Positions 54,034-64,000 of a stretch of 64,000 bases of DNA are shown piece by piece. Both the position numbers and the translations under genes were made by a program. This DNA comes from Selaginella moellendorffii (Eukaryota; Plantae; Lycopodiophyta), in contig NW_003314389.1 in the NCBI RefSeq assembly GCF_000143415.4, forward strand, positions 327,842 through 391,841. Direction: 5' to 3'. Position 1 is the first letter of the stretch. Every line of letters starts with the position of its first letter. A model generated the notes under the pieces. The model searched no databases. It was not told where the DNA came from and saw only the letters and a list, made by a program, of their open reading frames with translations.

Positions 54034-55170
54034 ATTCCCAACACTAGCAAGTGCAAGTCAACATCATGAGTTTCTCATCACCGTGTCAAGTATGCTTGAC
54101 TTAATGATAACTTAGGATTTCCTTCCTTAGTGCCCTTCCGGTCTAAGTGCACATGTGCTGACCAGTTTCTCAACTAGCTTGGGCAGAGACCATAAAGAGA
54201 ACCAGCAGTACCGACCTCCTGCCATCGTGGCAGTAAGGTGAGAGTGTCCGTAAGTACTAGCCAACAAGTATCTTTCGATACCCGAAGTCACATTTGAGAC
54301 ATTTGTCCACCTCAAAGGGAAGTTTAGGAAGGCCCCTATGTTGGCATTACCAAATTTTGGTAAGGATTTTGAGGTAGAAACGGATATTGTAGACTTTGCG
54401 TTGGGTGCAGTGTTGAAGCAAGACAACCATCCAGTAGCATTCTTCTCGAAGAAGTTGGACAAGCCTCAGCAAAAGTGGCCTGCCCACGAGAAGGAATTGT
54501 TTGCGGTGGTTAAGGCGCTAAAGGAGTGGAGACACTACCTTGGGAGACATTTCAAGGTTTACACAGATAATGTGGCAACGAAACACTTCTTGTCACAGCC
54601 CGACCTAAGAGAGAAATAGGGTCAGTGGGCCAATGTTTTGGCTGAGTTTGATTGCAAGATTCTGTACAAGCCTGGGAAGAGCAACATCGTGGCAGATGCT
54701 CTAAGTCAAAAAGCGAGCTTGAAGTTGGTGATATCTAGCGTGACAACAACCTTTTAGGATAATGTGCAGACAACATATGAGAATAATGGTCTAGCACAAG
54801 AAGTATTTTTAAGGAATCTTGAGGTGCGAGAAGCTCACCAGAGAGGTGAACTGCCAATGGAAGAGAAAACAGGTTATACGGAATGCAATGGACTCATATA
54901 TTATAAACAAACAAAGGTGTATGTTCTAGAAGGGGAACTAAGGAAAGTAGCCTTAGAAGAGTGTCATGATAGACCTTTTGCAGGACACGGCAGAGTGCCC
55001 AAGATGATGGGCTTACTCAAGAGGAAGTACACAAGTGGTTCGAGTGCAGGGAAGGCTAGAGGAGATCATCTCAAATCTGGATAAGATCTTCACCAATAGG
55101 TTCTAGAGAACTCTCTTAGAACAGTATCACACCAAGTTGAAGTTTAGCACAACCTATCACCCACAGACAA

Positions 55171-55217
55171 GTATTGGGTATTAAGTCAAGTTGGATGGCA
55201 CTAACACTTCTTGACAG
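55171..55217 (+). other. Putative spliceosomal intron (47 nt) in the integrase catalytic core
   Basis: GTATTG...CACTAAC (branch) ACTTCTTGACAG. Removal restores YHPQT[D/N]GQMERLNR. Confidence 0.8.
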
Positions 55218-55635
55218 ATGGACAAATGGAAAGGTTGAATAGGCAGCTGGAGGATTATTTGTGATGCTATATCTGTGGAGACCAGACTAATTGGGTAAGT
55301 CATTTAAGACTCGCGGAAATGTGCTATAACAACTCACCACACTCGAGTATCGGGTTGAGTCTATGGGAAGTCATCAATGGGCAGGATATTGAAAGTCCTG
55401 TGGAACTCGGCGTGGCCGAGTATCATGGAGACTTACCCGTAGTGGAGGCATTCACAACAGAAAGACTCAACATTTAGAATCTAGTGAGGGATTCCTTAGA
55501 ACGGGCTCAACAAAGGCAAACCAAGTACGTGAACTAAAACCGCCAGGATGTAGAGTTCCAAGCTAGGGAGAAGGTGTGGCTGAACACCAAGAACCTCAGG
55601 CTACCATGTGGGATCAGCCGGAAGTTGACCCAAAA

Positions 55636-55687
55636 GTAAAAATGGATGTATTCCTGGAAATGAATTGATCTTGAGTTCCTTAAGCAG
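55636..55687 (+). other. Putative spliceosomal intron (52 nt) before the integrase GPY motif
   Basis: GTAAAA...TTCCTTAAGCAG. Removal restores RKLTQKFMGPY. Its 5' half is also at 10404-10432 (AG|GTAAAA). Confidence 0.8.
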
Positions 55688-56964
55688 GTTCATGGGGCCT
55701 TACGAGATTGAGGCACGAATCGGTCAAGTGGCTTACCGTCTTCGACTTCCTCGAGAGATGGGGAACATGCACCCAGTGTTCCATGTGAACCTACTTAAGG
55801 TGTACTTTGAGGATCTGTTTCACAAGGACCAAGTAAGATATATTTATCATCTTGAAAAACCCATTTATATAAATTTCATTCTATTGCCGCTATCCACATC
55901 CCTTGGAGCTGCAATATGCAAATTCTAAGTAATTCATAATGTCCAGAAGTCCTAAATCCGCACCTCTCAAAAGTATTCATTGATTTATTTTTTTGTGCAT
56001 ATATTTTATAAAGGTTATTGTTATTGTAAGTGGACTATGCATATTTAAGAAAATCATATAAATTTTTATATAGAACTTGACCTAAACTATAATATTAATA
56101 TAAAATAAATAGATTATAATACTATAGAATGGAATATGTAAAGAATCGTGGCAAAAAGTTTTGAGAGATTTCCTTCATAGTGGGTTTAATATTCTTCAGA
56201 CTTGTTGAGAAGCTAATTTTTCTTTTTTGTGGATAAAATTCTTGTTAATTAAAGCATATGACTATTGATTAAAATTAGTTATAAGACACTATTAAGAAAT
56301 ATTAAGAATAAATATATGAAATAACATTATTATATTCAAAGTAAGACCTAAACTTCATAGCAGAGAATTGTATTAAGGATGAGAGCTTTAAACGCATTGT
56401 TAATCCATCAGAAATGAATGTCCAAAGTTTGTCACAGTAACTGACAAAAAAGTAGTGAAGTTAACGTATACAAAGAAATTGAAGTTGTGCAGCTGGAGTT
56501 TGTTAATTTTTGAAGTGTCATTACAATTAGTTAGTGAATATGAATAATAAATTACTGACACTAAATAATATAATGAAATTTTAATACAAAATTATATATT
56601 CATCTTGATTAGATTTCATTACTTTCAGTTTTACCTAGCTATTTAGTTTTCTTAATTCTTTATCCTTTATTTCCTCATCTTTCAAATGCCAATATTTTTG
56701 GAGAAAACATTATTATGATAAATAACTCTTCAAGAGAGTAATTGCAAAAGGTATATTTTTTCACTTTTTAAATTAATACACATAAAAAAATAAATTTGCA
56801 ATACAAATCCATGAAGCCCTGTCAGGATTAAAGATTTTCACTGAAGAAAATGAGAGTCTGTGAATTCATTATGGTCATAACAACCATTGCCTTACACTAA
56901 GAGTAGAATGTATCATACCATAATTTTCTCACTAAATATAAATATACAGATGTATGAAAACAAT

Positions 56965-57985
56965 TAATGTTTATAAATCATTGTTTGGAAAACATAAAAT
57001 TACTCATAAAAGTTCTCTATATAACTGGTTTTAAGCATGGAAAACTTTTAAGCAATGAGATCATATGAGTCTAAAATATTTTGAAAACTGAACATCAATT
57101 ATAAACATAATTATAATTTTGAATTATTAGTTTATTAATTAAAACCATAGATGTAGAGTTTTATCATATACATAATAGTATTAACATATTTTATTATGAT
57201 AATATATTTTTACTAATATAATATCATTTTGGACATATTATATATATAAGGTTAATTTCTTTTGTATTTGCATTTCTAAAAATTATACTATTTTGTATCA
57301 TATTTATCATTTATAAGTGTTATTATTTTCATTTAATTGAATCTACTTCATGATTATCTTGTACTATCAATAAGATTGTTCAAACCTAGATTTTAAAGAA
57401 CATAAAACTAAAAATTATAAAATAAGATCCAACATAATACTATATATATGAATAATTCGATTATATTTTATATTGCAAGAACCACTATATTTTAATGTTT
57501 ATAAATACTTGTGACTCAAAAATTAAATTACTTAAAAAATGTCTCTATATAACTGTCTTTAAAGATGGAAAACTTTCAAGAAATGAAACCATATGGAGCA
57601 TCAATTGCAAACATTATTAAATTATTAAATTATTAAGTTATTAATTAAAAAATAGATTAACACATGGTCATGTACATAATAATATTAATATATTCTATAT
57701 ATGATATTGTATTTATCAAAATATATTAATATTGTGAATATAAAAAAATAAGGTTTATTTTTTTGTATTTGCATTTCCAGAAAATATACTTTTTTTAATC
57801 AATCTTATGATTTATGAGTAAAGTTTTTTTTTCTCATTTTATCAACTCTACTTCATTATTCTCTTGTATTATAAATTATATTTTAAAAATCTAGATATTA
57901 AATAACATAAAACTAAAAATTTTAAAATTTCATCTAACATACTACTATATCCTTGAAAAGTTGAAAATATGGTATTGCAAGAACT
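56965..57985 (+). repeat. Diverged AT-rich tandem duplication (about 500-530 bp x2)
   Basis: TGTTTATAAAT...CTCTATATAACTG...ATGGAAAACTTT at about 56968 and 57496. Both units end near TTGCAAGAAC. Confidence 0.75.
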
Positions 57986-58247
57986 TCTGCTTTCTTCTAG
58001 CTGTAAGAATTTTTTTTCTTTATTAATACTATAGAATACCATTATCTAGATAAAATATAAATATGAAATCTATATTCAGGGTAAATTAGAAAAATGAAAC
58101 ATAATTTCATCTGGGATTTATATTATAGATAACATGGATGTTGTGGAAAATGCTAATCTTGAAGTCAAAAAATTATGTATAAAATTATTCTGACTTTTAA
58201 AGATATTAAAAATAATTATATTTTGAGATATCCTCAAGAATGTTTTG

Positions 58248-58251
<4 letters not shown>

Positions 58252-58302
<51 letters not shown>
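58252..58302. repeat. (TA)n microsatellite
   Basis: Directly visible. Confidence 0.97.
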
Positions 58303-58304
<2 letters not shown>

Positions 58305-58656
58305 CACTCTTTTTATTTTTATTATTGCATATATAAAATAGTGATTATTAGTGATATTATTAGTATTTTCTGAACACTATAGTGGTGAATGATATAATAG
58401 AGTTTCTTTGCTTAAAAGAAGAAGTAAACCTGTATTGTCATAGAAGTGTGAAAATGTCAGCATGGGTGACAAAATTCCATTTTGTTTTGGTACTGCTCTA
58501 ATCCCAATTTCCAAAGTATGTCATTAATATTACCGTAATAGTAATATAACTATTCAGTAGCTACATTATCAATAATTAAAAAGCTGTATTATTTGAATTT
58601 ATTAAGATTATTGTGAAATTTTTAAAAAAAATTTACATCATCATTTAAATTTATCA

Positions 58657-59524
58657 NNNNNNNNNNNNNNNNNNNNNNNNNNNNNNNNNNNNNNNNNNNN
58701 NNNNNNNNNNNNNNNNNNNNNNNNNNNNNNNNNNNNNNNNNNNNNNNNNNNNNNNNNNNNNNNNNNNNNNNNNNNNNNNNNNNNNNNNNNNNNNNNNNNN
58801 NNNNNNNNNNNNNNNNNNNNNNNNNNNNNNNNNNNNNNNNNNNNNNNNNNNNNNNNNNNNNNNNNNNNNNNNNNNNNNNNNNNNNNNNNNNNNNNNNNNN
58901 NNNNNNNNNNNNNNNNNNNNNNNNNNNNNNNNNNNNNNNNNNNNNNNNNNNNNNNNNNNNNNNNNNNNNNNNNNNNNNNNNNNNNNNNNNNNNNNNNNNN
59001 NNNNNNNNNNNNNNNNNNNNNNNNNNNNNNNNNNNNNNNNNNNNNNNNNNNNNNNNNNNNNNNNNNNNNNNNNNNNNNNNNNNNNNNNNNNNNNNNNNNN
59101 NNNNNNNNNNNNNNNNNNNNNNNNNNNNNNNNNNNNNNNNNNNNNNNNNNNNNNNNNNNNNNNNNNNNNNNNNNNNNNNNNNNNNNNNNNNNNNNNNNNN
59201 NNNNNNNNNNNNNNNNNNNNNNNNNNNNNNNNNNNNNNNNNNNNNNNNNNNNNNNNNNNNNNNNNNNNNNNNNNNNNNNNNNNNNNNNNNNNNNNNNNNN
59301 NNNNNNNNNNNNNNNNNNNNNNNNNNNNNNNNNNNNNNNNNNNNNNNNNNNNNNNNNNNNNNNNNNNNNNNNNNNNNNNNNNNNNNNNNNNNNNNNNNNN
59401 NNNNNNNNNNNNNNNNNNNNNNNNNNNNNNNNNNNNNNNNNNNNNNNNNNNNNNNNNNNNNNNNNNNNNNNNNNNNNNNNNNNNNNNNNNNNNNNNNNNN
59501 NNNNNNNNNNNNNNNNNNNNNNNN
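58657..59524. other. Assembly gap (868 N)
   Basis: Run of N. Confidence 1.
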
Positions 59525-60176
59525 CATACATATGCATGAGTTTTTCCTTTATTGTTTTTCAATCTCTTTCTCTTTCTTGAGCAACTATGGCAGTGCTTTC
59601 CAGAACTTACACACTTATGGCGGATACAGCATTCTTCCCTGCATTGATTCTGTTATTTCCTACATCTTTGAAGATAACAGCACAAGATGATAATTTGATA
59701 ACATCACTTGATATCAAATCAAAATCTGGATTTGATCATTTGTAATCTGGATCTATAATACAGCACACTTAGGGATGGACGGTTTCCTGTGGAAGTCTGC
59801 AAGAACAAGGTAACTGTAGAGTTGCAAGGAAAGAACCTTCAGGAACTTACTCTATGAGGAATCAAATAATCCAGAACACCTTCTGCTCGAGGTTCCTCGG
59901 GGATATGAAGAAAGAAACATTTAGACCATGAAAGAACATGAGAGATTCCTTACTGACCATGCCATAAGCAAATACGTCTGCTTGGGCATATACTCGTCAT
60001 TTGTTATGAAAATTTACTGACAATCTCATCTGAATGAACCGTCAGCCTGTGGTAACGAGAGTAATAACAATTGTCTTACTTCTCAAAATCACTGATTGCT
60101 GTGTTTTGATGATTCCAATGAAGTCGCACGGAACAACTTGATGTTTGTTACTATCTGAAATTACTGAGCTCCTTCA

Positions 60177-60623
60177 CCAAGGCGCAAAAATGCAGAAAAG
60201 CGAAAGTGTTGAGGCTGATATTGTCATTAAACTTGTTTTCTTATGAACACAAGAATGCCATTCACAGTCTGTGAATATTGTGTTCTCGGTTTCAGTAATG
60301 TGTTGAAAGTAATTTCTGGCAACTTTCTCCACCGGTTCAAATGCAAGATGGATAATTCCGCTCTCTCTATCTGTTGCAGCAGTAATAAAGATCTGTAATT
60401 GATAAAGCATTGATACCTTGTCCAAAATTACTCAAAACTTTGTTACCATAACCGTAATTTTCCAGCCAGATTTTACATTGCCAACTTGGATCCTGCCTCT
60501 GTTGAGACCTGTGGTACTCAAGAGGGAACTTGGCAACCTCTTCAGGAATTTTCTCCACTTCTTGGCTTTTACAAGGAAATCAATACCATTGCAAGGCTTC
60601 TGGTTGAAAAGTATGATTCCTTT
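60177..60623 (-). pseudogene. BIG: Fragments of a BIG-type Sec7 ARF-GEF gene
   Basis: KGIILFNQKPCNGIDFLVKAKK/VEKIPEEVAKF/LLSTTGLN (start of Sec7) fused to NVKSGWK..|IFITAATD..HLAFEPVEKVARNYFQHITETENTIFTDC..FNDNISLNTFAFLHFCA (HDS region). Frameshifted. Confidence 0.85.
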
Positions 60624-60914
60624 CTGCATAGTGTAAAAAGCTTGTAATTGAATGCCCAGTCCTTCATAGGTGTATAAGGCGGAAAAGTTACAGAAGAAAT
60701 TCGCAGCACGGGGGCTCTCTTACAATGAAGCAGGGATAGAGATTACCTGGCATTGAAGTAGACATTCCCACTTCATGAAGCGGACACTCTAAGCATATCC
60801 ATGGCAGGAGATATTGCTACAGAAGTCGGTGATGAGACCACTGAACCATTAGAATCAGAAACAGATCAAGCATCAACTGAAAGTGCAGTCAAAGACGTGT
60901 TCACAACCTTGAGC

Positions 60915-61641
60915 TTCACAATTGCTCGCAAAGACATTTCTAGCAATGAAACTATAACTTCGATATTATGTCCTGCAGAAATAAGTTTCTTGCCAATAAG
61001 GTCCTGTCCGCAGAAAAATCCAGATTTTTTAAAAAAGAAAACCGATGAATGACATGATCACCTGCGTCGCATTGAAGGCACGTTTTAAATATTTCAACAT
61101 CCAGGCAAGTATCACTAATCCGCATAGTGGAAGCTAGCAAGCAAAGAAACCACAGTTTGTCTGACCTGATAAAAAAATTGGGCCAGTGCAAAACCTCCTA
61201 GACGACCTTTCCCAGTCCCAACAGTAATGTGCAAAAGAACAACTTCCTCTCCAATCTGGAAGAAGCAAGTAATCAGATTTGAATGAAAGGATATGAATTT
61301 CAGTACCTTCAAATCAGGGGTGATTATGAGTGTAATGTCTGGACAAGTCACATACGACTAATGACGAGATTCCCAGGTGCCTTGACAGTTTCACCACCTG
61401 CTTGAGCAGCCATTGACAACCTGTCCTTTCCACCTTCTATTGCAACCTCAAGCTCGATCATAGTGTCACGAAGAGCAACAGCAGGATTGTACATATATGT
61501 CGGAATGAAGTTCAACCTGCAAAGTTAAACAGATCATAAGGTGTGTAAACACAATTAAGATGAGACTACCTTAGCCCAAACAAGATTCGTCAAACCTTCT
61601 CCAAGCGCCAGCCTAGCCATAGCTGCAGGATTCAGCAATCC
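60915..61641 (-). pseudogene. PUR4: Fragment of FGAM synthase (phosphoribosylformylglycinamidine synthase, PurL)
   Basis: GLLNPAAMARLALGEGLTNLVWAK; MIELEVAIEGGKDRLSMAAQAGGETVKAPGNLVIS..TCPDIT..TPDLK; KGRLGGFALAQ; LISAGHNI..LLEMS. Introns at 61517-61569 (53 nt) and 61256-61306 (51 nt), plus two more. Confidence 0.88.
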
Positions 61642-62319
61642 CTGCAAATTGTCTTCAGAAAAAAGTAAAGAATTTTCAATCTACCTTAAACTTCTGTGAG
61701 AGAACAAGAAGAATGGTGATATCCACACACACACACACACAGAGATTGCAGCTCTCAATCTGCCCGATCACCCTAAAACATTTCACTCGATTTAGAGCGT
61801 CATTAATTGAAGTGTTGGCACCCTTTTGGCATATGATCTATGCCATCTATTTTGAAGTATTTCAATTTGAACTGTTAGATTATAAGCATATTCATAAATA
61901 ATATTCCCAAAATGGAATAAAAGACGCCAGATGCCATATATGCCAATAGCACTTTTAAATAAGGAAGTACTAGCAAAAGTCCCAGCTACACTGGGAACAT
62001 CATGTTCATTTCTGATATTTTATTAATTCATAAGAGTTATAATAGTAATTGTAATTGTTAACATAATCATAATTATAAGATATATATAGTTAAACATAAC
62101 ATAATATTTATATTAAAAATCCTTTCTAAAATTGAATCTATCACCAACACACATCATAAATAAAACTCATTATATTATATCATATTTAAAACTGATTGTT
62201 GAGTGAAGTCTTGAATATTCTATAAATGGAATTGCTCACTGCGGGATCCCATGGCCAGATGAGTCATTTAGAGATTGAGGTTTGATAACTAACCTTTTTT
62301 TTTATTTGAAATCTTTATA

Positions 62320-63170
62320 CAATTGACAGAGGGACTGATAAAGTGTCCAGCAATACCAACCTCCTGCCATCATGGTAATAAAGAAAGAATATCCAAAAGG
62401 ACAGCTAACAAGTAACTTTCGATACACAAAATCACATTTGCAACACTTGATCTTTGACTCCATCTTGGACTCCTTTTAAGACTCCACAATAAACTTGATC
62501 CCAACACTTCCATGTGACAATTGCCATGTATTAGTCTTTCTTGTGTTCCTCTTTCGAGACACATTCATGGATCACTTTGTGTTCATTCCTTGAGCACTTA
62601 TAATTTGGTATCAAAGTAGTTCCTTAATCTTACTTTATCAATGATCAAGTTTATCACCACTTAATATTTATATTTGAAAGTCCTAAAAGTGGGACTAGAC
62701 TAAAGAGTAGGATGTTAGGAGAGTGTGGCTCTCCACTTTGGTTTATACATGAACTTATAGGAATTGTGATCAATAGAAGAAAGGCCCAATAAAATAATGA
62801 CTTTGGTATTTTTATAAATATAGAAGCTTTTCCATAAGGAGTAGAGCAGAATTAGGTAAAGATGGCTTGATTAGTTGTGGTAAGTAATTATAATTGGGAT
62901 CACTTGAAGCAAAGGGACTCAAAAACCATAAAGGAGTCATAGGATTTATTTATGAATTTTAGGCTTCAGTTTATCAACATGATAGTCAAAATATGGCTAA
63001 GGACACAGGTCTTCTGAGTTGTATCTTGAGCTACCTCTTATAAATGCTAAAAGATTGATGGATGAATTATCATTCTTATGATGCAGAAGGATTGTTTTAA
63101 GAGGTGAAAGTAGACACTTGCAAAGATGGTCCTTATGGATAGAATATGAATACAAAAAGTTGCAAAGAGA
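62320..63170. mobile_element. Scrambled family A/B LTR fragments + PBS (about 62606) + family B leader
   Basis: Homology to 23770-23897, 31350-31490 and 40236-40900. TTTGGTATCAAAG. Confidence 0.65.
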
Positions 63171-63854
63171 TATAATATATAAAATGTAAAAATAAAATGT
63201 AAAGAAAGATAGAATACAAATAACATATTATAATAAACTGATTTTTCATATTTATTAATTAAAAGAAACTCTTTCTATACATTTTTAATATATAAAAATT
63301 GTGTTGAGTCTATGCATGAAATGGAAGCCCATGTTACTAATATATTAGAAACTATTATTTAGAGGATTTCTTTATTGCACTATATGAAAAAAAAATTTGT
63401 CTGCTCACATTCAAGCATAAAGTGATTGTTAATTATTAGTGTACATTTTTTATGTATTTAGAGAAAGGAGTGCTTCATCAAACAGAAAAACAATAACTTG
63501 GTCTATAAGAAAAGACTATATTTATTTGGAAAGAGTATGACTTATATGAAAAAAATATTTCCAAGAGTATTCTAGTTTTTTTTATCAGGGAGATTAAGGT
63601 AGGTTATGACTTAATAAAAATGTGGTTTATCTTTTAAAAAATCTACAAAAAAGTGCTTATCCATTAGATTTCATGAAAGGGCATTATGCAGGAAACATTG
63701 AGTGAAAGTGAAGTTATTGCTCTTGATATGATAATTTTTTGAAGTTTCTTTTTGTAGCCTCCTGTAAGGAACTCTTAGTTTGTCTGACTTTGATACTTAT
63801 GTTAGCACTTGGGCTCTTAGTGTTCTAGAGGATTCTCGGTTTCTTGTTCTCAAC

Positions 63855-64000
63855 ATGAGACTCCTCAAGCCAATTCCACCATCAAAAACCCACATTATGC
63901 AAAACCATTAGAATAATCACTAAAGCCTTTGCATCTGGAGTTCTTTTGATAGCCAAAAACGTCACTCATTCATGCCACCATCACCAAAAAAGGTAGAATC
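63855..64000 (-). mobile_element. Family D gag fragment
   Basis: Matches 17765-17940 (GAGACTCCTCAAGCCAATTCCACCATC). Confidence 0.75.

Larger units (their letters stand above)
44211..54301 (-). mobile_element. Family A non-autonomous chromovirus-type element (LTR-PBS-gag-chromodomain-PPT-LTR) nested in family C pol
   Basis: 3' LTR 44211-45057. PPT G-run about 45058-45074. PBS TGGTATCAGAG at about 47135-47145. 5' LTR 47148-47819 + 54039-54301, split by a family B element. Confidence 0.88.
54302..55832 (+). mobile_element. Gypsy family C copy 2, 3' part: RNase H, integrase with two introns, GPY region
   Basis: LALPNFGKDFEVETD..HPVAFFSKKL..EKELFAVV; ECHD; YHPQT/GQMERLNRQLEDYL; FMGPYEIEARIGQVAYRLRLP..HPVFHVNLLK. 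Confidence 0.93.

Noticed and set aside
58622-59562. About 300-aa poly-X ORFs
   Set aside because: Artefacts of the N gap.
60177-61641. Functional PUR4 or BIG gene
   Set aside because: Small internal pieces only, with frameshifts, deletions and a mutated splice acceptor.

Overview
Eukaryotic, land-plant, TE-saturated heterochromatin-like window. The roughly 50-nt introns in host-gene fragments suggest a compact-intron seedless plant such as a lycophyte, but this is inference. No intact host gene is present. (1) 1-6606: a partly tandem-duplicated, decayed multi-exon gene. It encodes a degenerate amino-methyltransferase-like domain, a disordered acidic linker built from phase-1 mini-exons whose tiny introns share a palindrome, and a C-terminal FCP1/NIF-type HAD phosphatase domain. 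(2) About 7.3-55.8 kb: a nest of Ty3/gypsy elements (my labels: families A-F), solo LTRs with TSDs, a LARD-like non-coding element with satellite-bearing LTRs, two Cassandra-like solo LTRs carrying 5S rRNA promoter sequence, and a decayed LINE. (3) 56-64 kb: AT-rich DNA, an N-gap, and a mosaic of FGAM synthase (PUR4) and BIG/Sec7 ARF-GEF gene fragments. The most unusual signal is in gypsy family C. It has short GT-AG spliceosomal-type introns inside the integrase coding sequence (one between YHPQT and DGQxER, one just before GPY), present in two separate genomic copies. Unspliced RNA could therefore not encode a catalytically complete integrase.
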